Assembly (NCBI GenBank): GCA_944363565.1
Contig: CALVUI010000001.1
Span: forward strand, 494,350 to 558,349
Length of the DNA stretch: 64,000 nt
Direction of reading: 5' to 3'
From: an uncultured Bacilli bacterium
Lineage (GTDB): Bacteria; Bacillota_I; Bacilli_A; RFN20; CAG-826
Both the position numbers and the translations under genes were made by a program. The notes beneath the pieces were generated by a model. The model was not told where the DNA came from. It saw nothing but the letters and a program-made list of their open reading frames with translations, and made no database searches. Positions 35,296-43,745 of this stretch are shown here, in pieces. How positions within the stretch are numbered: the first letter of the stretch is position 1; every line of letters starts with the position of its first letter.

Positions 35296-36983
35296 TACTT
35301 CTCGTCGTCGTAATAACGGTCGTAGTCGGCGATGTCGATGTCGTCATAGCCGGAGGAGTAATCCTCGTCCATCGAGTCTTCCTGCTCGATTTCCTCGAGT
35401 TCCTCGTCGCTATAGATCGGCATGGCGGTGGTGGAAGCGGCGGCCGCTTCGCTCGGTTTGACCCGTTCGACTTCTTCCTCGGTGATCTTCCGAGGCTTCT
35501 TGCGGGTGACCTGGCTGACCGTCTTCTTTTCTTTGGCGGCTTCGAGTTCCTTCTCGAGGCTTTCGAGGCTGGTCGTGGTCTTGACACTGACGTGGACCGC
35601 TTCCTCGGCCTCCTTCTTGGCCTTCTCACGGGCCCTTTCCTCGGCCAGGGCCTTCTCGGCTTCTTCCTGGCGCTTCTTCTCTTCGAGAGCCTTTTCCTCG
35701 GCGATCCGCTCCTCTTCCTTCTTGGCGGCCGCTTCCTGTTCGGCCTTCTTCAAGGCCTCGCGGCGGCTCTTTTCGAGGTAGAGGGCCTTGGCCTTCTCCT
35801 TGCGCTCGTTCTGGGCTTCCTCGCGGAGCTGTTCGATCGGGGTGTAGTCGATGCCGGCTTCCTTGGCCCGGGACTCTTCGACCACGTCGATGTGGTAACC
35901 GGTGAGCTTATTGGCCAGACGGATGTTGCTGCCCTTACGGCCGATCCCGACGTTGCTTTGGCCGTCCCGGATGACGGCGATGGCGTGCCTATTGACGTCT
36001 TCCCCATCGGGGAGGTCGTTGTAGGAGGCGTGCATCTCGACGCCCAGGACCTGGCAGGGACGCAGCGACTCGGCCACGAAGAGGGCGGCGTTCTCGCTAT
36101 AGGGGATGACGTCGATCTTTTCCTTGTCGCTGCCGTTGCCGAGTTGGCCGACGACTTTTTGGATACGGGAACCGCCGGGCCCGATGCAGGAACCGGTCGG
36201 GTCGACGTCCTCGTTGTTGCTATAGACGGCGACCTTGCTACGGACCCCGGCCTCACGGGCGATGCCCTTGATGATGACGGTCCCGTCGTAGACCTCGTGG
36301 ATTTCCTCTTCGAAAAGGCGGCGGAGGAAGCCTTCGCTCGAGCGCGTGACTTCGATCTGGGGCTTTTCTTCCTTGCCGTCCTCCCGTTCGACCTGGCGGA
36401 CCTGCTGGATGTAGACCTTGATCGGTTCGCCGGGCTTGAAGAACTCGTCGCCGATCATTTCCCGGCGGCTCAATTCGATGGAGTTCCTGCCGAGCTCGAT
36501 GACGGCGCCCCTATCGTCCCAGCTTTGGACGGTCCCGGTCACCATCTCCCCGATGTGGTCCTTATAGATCTCGTAGAGGGCGCTTCTTTCGGCTTCCGCC
36601 AACTTGCCACGGAAGGAGTTCTTGACCCCCATGGCCATGGCCTTCCCGCATTCTTCGAGCGAAGCCGGGATCTCATAGTAGTCCCCGACTTCGTACTTGG
36701 GTTTCTTGAGGCCTTCGTTGGCCTCTTCCGGCGAGATTTCCAAAAAGTCGTCGGTGATGTCTTCTTCCTTGGTCACCTTCTTGAGCTGGGCCAAAAAGAT
36801 CTGCCCGGTCTCGCGGTCGATGTGGCAGCTGGCCAGGGCGCTGGGGCCATCCCCGCCCTTGAGTTGGTTGATGAAGGATTTCTTGATGGCCTCCTCGAGG
36901 GCCCAGTAGACGGCCTCGGTCGAGAGGCCTTTGCTTTCGGCCACTTCTGCGACGAAGGGGGCAATGACGTTTTTGCTTTCCAT
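35295..36983 (-). CDS. nusA: Transcription termination/antitermination factor NusA with long Lys/Glu-rich and acidic C-terminal extension
   Basis: 562 aa with NTD, S1 and KH1/KH2 regions (GPGGSRIQKVV, GRKGSNIRLANKLTG). The last ~190 aa are low-complexity (KKEEERIAEEKALEEKKRQEEAEK...DDIDIADYDRYYDDEK). Confidence 0.95.
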   Translation of the reverse strand: MESKNVIAPFVAEVAESKGLSTEAVYWALEEAIKKSFINQLKGGDGPSALASCHIDRETGQIFLAQLKKVTKEEDITDDFLEISPEEANEGLKKPKYEVGDYYEIPASLEECGKAMAMGVKNSFRGKLAEAERSALYEIYKDHIGEMVTGTVQSWDDRGAVIELGRNSIELSRREMIGDEFFKPGEPIKVYIQQVRQVEREDGKEEKPQIEVTRSSEGFLRRLFEEEIHEVYDGTVIIKGIAREAGVRSKVAVYSNNEDVDPTGSCIGPGGSRIQKVVGQLGNGSDKEKIDVIPYSENAALFVAESLRPCQVLGVEMHASYNDLPDGEDVNRHAIAVIRDGQSNVGIGRKGSNIRLANKLTGYHIDVVEESRAKEAGIDYTPIEQLREEAQNERKEKAKALYLEKSRREALKKAEQEAAAKKEEERIAEEKALEEKKRQEEAEKALAEERAREKAKKEAEEAVHVSVKTTTSLESLEKELEAAKEKKTVSQVTRKKPRKITEEEVERVKPSEAAAASTTAMPIYSDEELEEIEQEDSMDEDYSSGYDDIDIADYDRYYDDEK

Positions 36984-36996
36984 ATGGTGACGCTCC

Positions 36997-37452
36997 TTAG
37001 AATTTGACGGCCCGGCGGGCTTTATCGACGGTGTTGACGGGGATGAGGGCTTTCTTCTTCCTCCCCTTTTCGAAGGTGATAAGGACGAGGTTCTCCCCTT
37101 CCATCTCGCCTAGCTCCCCCTCGAGGTCGTTCTTCCCTTCGTAGGGATGGCTGAGGTGGAGGTGGACGTAGCCCCTGGTCGCGGGGAGTTTATCGAGGGG
37201 GATCGGCTTCTCGGCCCCGAGGGAAGAAAGGTCCAAGAGGTAGCTCTCTTCGCTGGGATCGAGGCGGTCGAGGAGATCGGAGATCTTCCCCGAGAGGGCC
37301 TCGAGGTCATTGAGGGAGATCGGATCCTCGCGGTCGACGACGATTTCCAGTCGCTTCTCGGACTTGGTCTTGTACCAGTTCAAGCTCACGAGGTCATAAC
37401 CGGAATTCTCCAGCAATGGTCGGATGTTTTCTTTCAATTCCTCTATTTCCAT
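36997..37452 (-). CDS. rimP: Ribosome maturation factor RimP
   Basis: Start trimmed to ATG 37450-37452 (MEIEELKENIRPLLENSGYDLVSLNWY). Lies upstream of nusA. Confidence 0.88.
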   Translation of the reverse strand: MEIEELKENIRPLLENSGYDLVSLNWYKTKSEKRLEIVVDREDPISLNDLEALSGKISDLLDRLDPSEESYLLDLSSLGAEKPIPLDKLPATRGYVHLHLSHPYEGKNDLEGELGEMEGENLVLITFEKGRKKKALIPVNTVDKARRAVKF

Positions 37453-37568
37453 GTCCCCTCCAAGCAAAAGAGTGGCTAGAGCCACCCCTAAAGGCAACGC
37501 GTCCATCCCTTCCGGATCTACGCGCGATTAAGATAGATTATCGGGCCTAAAAAGGCAAGAAATACCGC

Positions 37569-38486
37569 CTAGGCCCCCTCCCTGACCCGCGGGAAGGCCT
37601 TGAGGCCGAAACAGACATTGGAAGCAATGAGGAAGATATCGGCCAAAGCCGGGAACAAAGCCAAGGAGGTCATGTAGTCGACGACCAGGAAGGGCATCGT
37701 GATCTCGACAAAGCCCATCGGGTCGCGGTACCGTGCCGCATAGAAGAAGACGAGGACGAAGACCGATAGTCCGAGATAGGAATAGAAGGAGATTTTCTTC
37801 GAATTGGCCTTGAAGCCATAGACGAGGTCGCATTCATAGAGAAACAATCCGGCCGTCAGGATGAGGCAAAGCAGATAGAAGGAAATGAGGATGGCGGGAT
37901 TCTCGTCGGAGAAGCCAAAGCCGAAGGAGAAGAGGACGCCCCCGAAAGCGTAGAGAGCCAAGAGGGCCGCGCCCCCTAGGAGGGTCCCGTAGAGTCCCCT
38001 AAGACCCTTCGTAAGGGTCGGAAGGGGTTCGAAGAACTTCGGACGGCGCAGGGTCCAGACCCCGAGGAGATAAAGGGCCAGGAAGGCGAATTCCTCGAGG
38101 AGGAGATAGACGATGACGTCGATCGGGAAGAAGGCGGTCGGATAGTTGGTCCCGATCTCATAGGTCCCGTTGTAAAGGAGGACGAAGGCATAGATGAGGG
38201 CGAAGGCCGCGAGGACCACCCCGACGAGGCCGTTGGCGATGGCCCCATGGGCCGCTCCCTTGGGGGTCAGGGAATGCCGGTAGGCATGGAAGGCAAAGAG
38301 GAGGTAGACCGGGAGGCCGCTGCAAAGGACGAGAGGCAATAGATAGGGAAAGTGCTGGAACCAGTCGGCGTAGGAAGTGAGGGACCCGATCACGTTGCCG
38401 AGGAGATAGACGAAGTAGAAAACGCCGACCGCGGCGAAGACGTAGAGGACCGCTTCGACGATGAGAAGGGAGCCGCGTTTCTTCAT
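37569..38486 (-). CDS. Polytopic integral membrane protein, unknown function
   Basis: 305 aa with about 8 hydrophobic segments. Overlaps the upstream gene stop by 4 nt. Confidence 0.7.
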   Translation of the reverse strand: MKKRGSLLIVEAVLYVFAAVGVFYFVYLLGNVIGSLTSYADWFQHFPYLLPLVLCSGLPVYLLFAFHAYRHSLTPKGAAHGAIANGLVGVVLAAFALIYAFVLLYNGTYEIGTNYPTAFFPIDVIVYLLLEEFAFLALYLLGVWTLRRPKFFEPLPTLTKGLRGLYGTLLGGAALLALYAFGGVLFSFGFGFSDENPAILISFYLLCLILTAGLFLYECDLVYGFKANSKKISFYSYLGLSVFVLVFFYAARYRDPMGFVEITMPFLVVDYMTSLALFPALADIFLIASNVCFGLKAFPRVREGA

Positions 38487-39532
38487 AGGTGGACCTCCGT
38501 GTAGAGGGTCTTCATGTCACGGGAAAGGAAGTAATGGGTCAGGGAGATTTCCTCTTCGTCCCCGAGGGTCAATAAACTCGCCCCCATGAGGTCGAAGCCT
38601 TCGCCATAAGGCGAGTCTTCCTTCTCGACGTGGCCGTAGTAGAGTTCGGGCCCGGTCTTGACCCCGAAGCCGAGGGTCACCCCTTGGTAGGTGACGGTAT
38701 AGGTATCGGCGTGATTATGTCCGCAGAACATGGCCAAACAGTTCCGTTTTTCCGCTTCTTCGAAAAGGCCTTGGTCGTCGGTGGAACCGGAAAGGCTTTC
38801 GAGGGCATAGCCGCCCTCGTAGGTCTTGAGGGGGCCTTCATAATCATGGGCTTCTTGGTAAGCCGGGATCGGAACGTGGAAGTAGAAAATCGAGGGGATG
38901 TAGTCCTCAGGGCCCTCGGGACCGCGGGAGAAGTCGCTCATCCGTTTATACCACTCGACCTGGCTCTCATCGAGGTTGGCATAGCCTAGATCGAAGAAGC
39001 CGTTCCCGGCCGCCATGGTGTCGAAGAGGTAGATCTGGTACTTGGTCGCCTCTCCTTCGACCAGATTGATGACGTAGTTGGAACGCCCTTCGACCCTGGC
39101 CGAGCTATCGTTTTTCACGAAAAGCGAATGGGGATAGGTCGCGGGGTCGGAAAGGACATTGCAAAGCCACGAGGGGGAATAGAGCCCCTGGAAATCGTGG
39201 TTACCGAAAGTGAAAGCGTAATCGACCTCCTTACTTTCGAGGTAATCGAGCAAGGAAAAGACCGCGGCCTTGTTGGCGGTCATGAAGAGGTCGCCGGTCA
39301 GGACCACGAGGTCGGGAGCGGTTTCCGCATAAAGGCGATCCATGTAGGACTCGAGGTAGTCGGTATCGGTCCCGAGGCAATAATGGAGGTCGGTCAGTTG
39401 GAGGATCTTGAAGTCGTCGTGGTAGCTGAGATCCCGGCTCACTCCCCCGTCGTAGTCCAAAGGGGTGCAGCCCTGGAGGCAAAGGCCCAAGAGGGCCAAG
39501 GACAAGAGAAGGCGGCGTTTCGGCTTAGTCAT
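38483..39532 (-). CDS. Calcineurin-like metallophosphoesterase lipoprotein
   Basis: 349 aa. Signal peptide plus lipobox LLSLALLGLCLQGC. Metallophosphoesterase motifs LTDLH, TGDL, GNHD, GHNH. Confidence 0.85.
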   Translation of the reverse strand: MTKPKRRLLLSLALLGLCLQGCTPLDYDGGVSRDLSYHDDFKILQLTDLHYCLGTDTDYLESYMDRLYAETAPDLVVLTGDLFMTANKAAVFSLLDYLESKEVDYAFTFGNHDFQGLYSPSWLCNVLSDPATYPHSLFVKNDSSARVEGRSNYVINLVEGEATKYQIYLFDTMAAGNGFFDLGYANLDESQVEWYKRMSDFSRGPEGPEDYIPSIFYFHVPIPAYQEAHDYEGPLKTYEGGYALESLSGSTDDQGLFEEAEKRNCLAMFCGHNHADTYTVTYQGVTLGFGVKTGPELYYGHVEKEDSPYGEGFDLMGASLLTLGDEEEISLTHYFLSRDMKTLYTEVHL

Positions 39533-40379
39533 CGTGCGGACCGTCGGCGAAATAGAGGATGCCGAGGGTATGGGGGCCGCAGTGGGTACCGATGGTAGAA
39601 CCGGCCTGGGCGGTCCTCACTTCCTTGAAGCCGGCCTTCTTGACCATCTCGCAGGCCATGTCGAGGACATCCTGGGGGGCGGTGCTATAGGTGACGTAGC
39701 AAAGGAAGGGGTCGATGTTGGGATTGTTCTTGAGGGTGTTTTCGATGTATTCCTTGACGATCTTCTTCATCGGACCGCGGTGCTTGGTGCCGCTTCCGAG
39801 CTTGCCGTCGGTCATGACGATTTCGGGCTTGATCCCGAACATGTTGGCGGCAAAGGCCGTGAGGGCGCTGCAACGTCCCCCTTTCCTCAGGTATTCGAGG
39901 GTCTCGATGACGAAACTCACTTGGGTATAGGGGATCCGGGCCTCGACCTTGGAGACGATTTCCTCGGGGGCTAGGCCCTTGTCGATGAGGTGGCGGGCAT
40001 ATTCCACCAAAAGGGATATCCCGGTCGAGAGGACCTTGGAGTCGATGACGTAGATCGGCTTCGAGAATTTCTTGGCCGCTTCCATGGCATGCTCGGTGCT
40101 GGAAGTGATGCCGCTGGAGAGCGAAAGGTGGATGATGGCGTCATTGTCCTTGAGGATGTTCTCGAAATAGTCGACGAATTCCGAGACGTTGATGGCGCTG
40201 GTCCTGGGCAGTTGCCCGGTCTCGTCGGCGAATTTATACAAATCTTCGATGGGACGGTCCCCGTCATGGACCGTCTCCTCCCCCATGATGATGGTATAGG
40301 GGACGCGGTGGACGCCTAAAGTCTTGAGTCTTTCCGGGGTCAAATCGGCCGCCGATTCAGTGGACAGGGCAATTTTCAT
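39525..40379 (-). CDS. DegV-family fatty-acid-binding protein
   Basis: Start trimmed to ATG 40377-40379 (MKIALSTESAADL). DegV-like sequence throughout (SAINVSEF, SLSSGITS, GTHCGPHTLGI). Confidence 0.88.
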   Translation of the reverse strand: MKIALSTESAADLTPERLKTLGVHRVPYTIIMGEETVHDGDRPIEDLYKFADETGQLPRTSAINVSEFVDYFENILKDNDAIIHLSLSSGITSSTEHAMEAAKKFSKPIYVIDSKVLSTGISLLVEYARHLIDKGLAPEEIVSKVEARIPYTQVSFVIETLEYLRKGGRCSALTAFAANMFGIKPEIVMTDGKLGSGTKHRGPMKKIVKEYIENTLKNNPNIDPFLCYVTYSTAPQDVLDMACEMVKKAGFKEVRTAQAGSTIGTHCGPHTLGILYFADGPHDD

Positions 40380-40478
40380 GCTGCTAATACCTCGTTCGTT
40401 TTCATATTCTAACAAAGGAACCAACTATGTTGAGTATTGAATTTTCTAGGTTTTGACCCGGGGGTCCAATCCTTTAAT

Positions 40479-41576
40479 TTAATGGCCGAAAAAGGCCTTG
40501 CATTCCTTGAGGAGGGAGATGACCTTGAGGCCTTGGGGGCAAATGCCCTCGCATTGGCCGCAGGCGATGCAGCTAGAGGCTCCATGGCCGGGCTTAGCCG
40601 CTTCTTCATAAGCCTTCTTGGCCGCTTCGAGGGCCCCGTTTCTCAAAGCGATGTTCCGGGCCTTGAAGATCCCGGGAATGTTGATGGACATCGGGCAACC
40701 CTTGGTGCAATAGGAGCAGGCCGTGCAGGGAATTTCCTTGGATTTGGCATACATCGATTGGACTTTTGCGAGGATTTCCCTTTCCTTCTCGTTTAGGGGG
40801 ACGAAGTTACCGGCAATCCGGCAATTGTCGAGGGTCTGCCCATAATCCGACATCCCCGAGAGGACGGCGAGGACCCCGTCGAGGCCGAAGGCAAAGCGCA
40901 ACGCCCAGGAGGCGAAGGAAGCCTTTGGGTCATAGGCCTTGAAGAGGTCCTGCCCTTCTTTGGGAGGATTGGCCAAGGCCCCGCCCTTGACCGGTTCCAT
41001 GATGACGATCGGCTTATGGTGGCGTCGCGCCACTTCATAGCAGCGTCTGGATTCGATGCCATTTGCTTCCCAGTCGGCGTAGTTGATCTGGAGCTGGACG
41101 AATTCGACGTCGGGGTGTTTGGTCAAGAGTTCGTCGAGGAATTCGGGGGAATCATGGAAGGAAAAGCCGTAGTGGCGGATCAATCCCTCTTCCTTGGCCT
41201 TCTTGACGAAGCCCCAGATGTCCTGCTGGTCGAAGGCTTCGATGTTACGGTGGCTTAGGGCATGCAAGAGGTAGTAATCGATATAGCCGGCCTCGGTCCT
41301 TTTTAGGGAAACCGAAAGCTCTTCCCTCATCTTGCTTTGGTCATCGAGTTTGCAAAGCTTGGTGGCAATGGTGAAGGAATCGCGGGGGTGGCGTTTGATG
41401 AGGCAATCGCGGGCTGCCATCTCGGACTTTCCTTCCTCGTAGGCATAGGCGGTGTCGAAGTAGGTGAAGCCACTACTTAGGAAGAGATCGACCATCCGGC
41501 AGGTCTCGTCGTAGTCGATCTGCCCGTCCTTGTGGGGCAACCTCATGAGGCCGAAGCCGAGTTTCTTGTTCTCCAT
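40479..41576 (-). CDS. Aldo/keto reductase fused to a C-terminal 2x[4Fe-4S] ferredoxin-like domain (paralogue of 5706..6797)
   Basis: 365 aa. AKR N-terminus LGFGLMRLP...FDTAYAYEEGKSE. C-terminal CTACSYCTKGCP and CIACGQCEGICP. Confidence 0.85.
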   Translation of the reverse strand: MENKKLGFGLMRLPHKDGQIDYDETCRMVDLFLSSGFTYFDTAYAYEEGKSEMAARDCLIKRHPRDSFTIATKLCKLDDQSKMREELSVSLKRTEAGYIDYYLLHALSHRNIEAFDQQDIWGFVKKAKEEGLIRHYGFSFHDSPEFLDELLTKHPDVEFVQLQINYADWEANGIESRRCYEVARRHHKPIVIMEPVKGGALANPPKEGQDLFKAYDPKASFASWALRFAFGLDGVLAVLSGMSDYGQTLDNCRIAGNFVPLNEKEREILAKVQSMYAKSKEIPCTACSYCTKGCPMSINIPGIFKARNIALRNGALEAAKKAYEEAAKPGHGASSCIACGQCEGICPQGLKVISLLKECKAFFGH

Positions 41577-41606
41577 ATCGCTAATTCCTTTCTTTGGTCC
41601 ATCCCC

Positions 41607-42215
41607 TCACCTGATGAAATTGGTGCTGGTCCTTTCGATGTTTGGCAAAGGTTCCTTTTCGTCTTCGATGGCCTTCATGAGGAAGTACATGTTGCGGGCC
41701 AGGTTCCGCATGGTGGCGAGACCCTCTAGGTCTTCCTTGGCCTCCCCCGGCCTCAGCCCGAAGACGTCGTTCCAATAGGTCGAGGAGACGATCGGCATCT
41801 GGCAGATGGTGAAGAAGCGGTTGATCTCCTCGAAGGTCGAAACGGTCCCGGCCCTTCTGGCCACGGCAATCGAGGCTCCGACCTTCATCCGTTTCTCGAA
41901 GGAAGCGGAATAGAAAAGGCGTTGCAGGAAGGAAAGGAGGGTGCCGTTGGCGGACGCATAGTAGACCGGTGAAGAAACGATGAGGCCGGCGGCATCCTTG
42001 AAGTCGGCGGCCACGACGTTGACGGTGTCGTCTTTGACGCAGCGACCGTTCTTCTTGCAATATAAACAAGCCGAGCAACCGGTGATCGGGAGATTTCCGA
42101 CCTGGTAGGTCTTAACCTCGACCCCCTTTTCCACGAGGATCTTGGTGACCTCGTCCAAAGCGATGCTGTCATTGCCCCCGATCCGGGGCGAACCGTTGAT
42201 GGCGATTGCTTTCAT
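41607..42215 (-). CDS. NADPH-dependent FMN reductase / iron-sulfur flavoprotein-like
   Basis: Start trimmed to ATG 42213-42215 (MKAIAINGSPRIGGNDS). Cys cluster GCSACLYCKKNGRC. Flavodoxin-like SSPVYYASANGTL. Confidence 0.8.
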   Translation of the reverse strand: MKAIAINGSPRIGGNDSIALDEVTKILVEKGVEVKTYQVGNLPITGCSACLYCKKNGRCVKDDTVNVVAADFKDAAGLIVSSPVYYASANGTLLSFLQRLFYSASFEKRMKVGASIAVARRAGTVSTFEEINRFFTICQMPIVSSTYWNDVFGLRPGEAKEDLEGLATMRNLARNMYFLMKAIEDEKEPLPNIERTSTNFIR

Positions 42216-42365
42216 ATCCGGGTTTCCTTTAAGAAAATTATAGACGCAGAGGGGATGCTGGGTAAGGAGACTTGGAAAGGGTACCGGTAAGGCTAGCAAC
42301 AAAGGGCGCCGCCAGCAAACGCTATCCATCCGTTCATCAACGCAAATCAAAGCATGGAGATATGC

Positions 42366-42653
42366 TTAAAACACCGCAAAACCGACATATCTTTCAAATA
42401 TGTGAGAATCATTTACTGGGTTATGGTCCATTTCGGACACAAAAGAAGGTGTAGAGGGCACCCTCTTCTTGCCATCTTCTGAACCGAAGCGCTTACTCGA
42501 GGCCTTGATGATGTAGGAGGGCTTTAAAGCTTCCATATAGAAATCGAGTCTTTTTGATTTGACCTTGTCCGCTACCTTGACTTCGACGGGGATCGGCTCC
42601 TCCATCTTGCCGAATGTTTTAAAAACGATGTGATTTTGTTCGCCTCTAATCAC
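42366..42653 (-). CDS. Small hypothetical protein
   Basis: 95-aa ORF with GTG start (an alternative ATG is at 42605). Divergent from the XRE gene. No motif recognised. Confidence 0.45.
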   Translation of the reverse strand: MIRGEQNHIVFKTFGKMEEPIPVEVKVADKVKSKRLDFYMEALKPSYIIKASSKRFGSEDGKKRVPSTPSFVSEMDHNPVNDSHIFERYVGFAVF

Positions 42654-42735
42654 ATTGTCCCTATGATGCGGTTTGCCCTCAAATTTTTGAAACCCTACCG
42701 ACTTCCCTAGGGGTAGTTTAAAATATTCCCACTTT

Positions 42736-43473
42736 ATGGGGATCGGTGAAAAAGTCTATATCCTGAGAAGAGCCAAGCGTTTGACCCAGGAACAACTGGC
42801 CGAAATGCTTTCGATTTCCCGCCAATCGGTCAGCCAATGGGAATCGGGCCAGGTCAAAGATATCAAAAAGGAAAACATCGAGGCCTTGGCCAAGATCTTC
42901 GGGGTCACCACCAGTCTTCTTTACGACGACGCGATCAAGCTAAACGAAGATGGGACCCCGATTTATGAAAAGACCAAGGCCGCTGGACCTTATGGCAACT
43001 ATGTCTATGACATTTATTGCCTGGTTAGGCGGAAACTATCGCTTTTTAACACCGCCTTGTTGTTTCTTGAGTTCTTTATCTTGGTCGGCACTTCCTCTTG
43101 CTTAACGGCCAAAGCCTTTCTGAACCCCGTGCCCCTCTACCTCGCCCTTGCCCCCATTGTTTGGCTTTTGTCCGCCGCTATGCTCTATTTAATTCTCAAA
43201 ACTTTTCTTTCCTATCAAAAAGTGAAGATCGGCTTCATGACTCCGGACCAGTTTCATATGGCATGCTTCGACGGAAAGAGCTCATGGGATTTCGATCTCC
43301 CCTTCGATGACATTCTTGCCATCGAGATCTCCGGGCGAAGAAAGGACCGGGGCAGGATCGGCATCCGCCCCAAGGACGGGGGAAGACCATACGGGTTCAG
43401 TGCCCTCATCTACCGCCCGATGGATTTAAGGAAGGCCTTCGAGGATTTCAAGAGGATGAAGGAAGAACAATAA
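42736..43473 (+). CDS. XRE-family HTH protein with two TM helices and a C-terminal PH-like domain
   Basis: 245 aa. HTH LRRAKRLTQEQLAEMLSISRQSVSQWESG. Two hydrophobic helices. Same architecture as 55675..56454. Confidence 0.8.
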   Translation: MGIGEKVYILRRAKRLTQEQLAEMLSISRQSVSQWESGQVKDIKKENIEALAKIFGVTTSLLYDDAIKLNEDGTPIYEKTKAAGPYGNYVYDIYCLVRRKLSLFNTALLFLEFFILVGTSSCLTAKAFLNPVPLYLALAPIVWLLSAAMLYLILKTFLSYQKVKIGFMTPDQFHMACFDGKSSWDFDLPFDDILAIEISGRRKDRGRIGIRPKDGGRPYGFSALIYRPMDLRKAFEDFKRMKEEQ

Positions 43474-43745
43474 ACTGGGAGTTTAGATTTTGCCCCCGCC
43501 CATTTTGCCCGATAAGAGGGCATTTTTTATTATGAATAAATCAACTTACGGTTGAGCCTTTTGTCCGGAAAAGCCCGATGGTTACTAATTTGCAAGCCTC
43601 GCTTGCGAAAGTTCCAAGCCCCGCTTGCTTGCCTCTAAGTTTACCCCCGCCTTACTTTTGGGTCGCCAGGAAGCGGGAACGGAGACGAGACTCCCATCTC
43701 CCGAACCGCGGACTGGCAGTCCATATAAAAAAGGAGGAATTACCC

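Noticed and set aside
35592-37007. 471-aa plus-strand ORF and several other ORFs over nusA
   Set aside because: This is the antisense of nusA (L/G/D/V-rich). nusA itself has clear S1/KH motifs.
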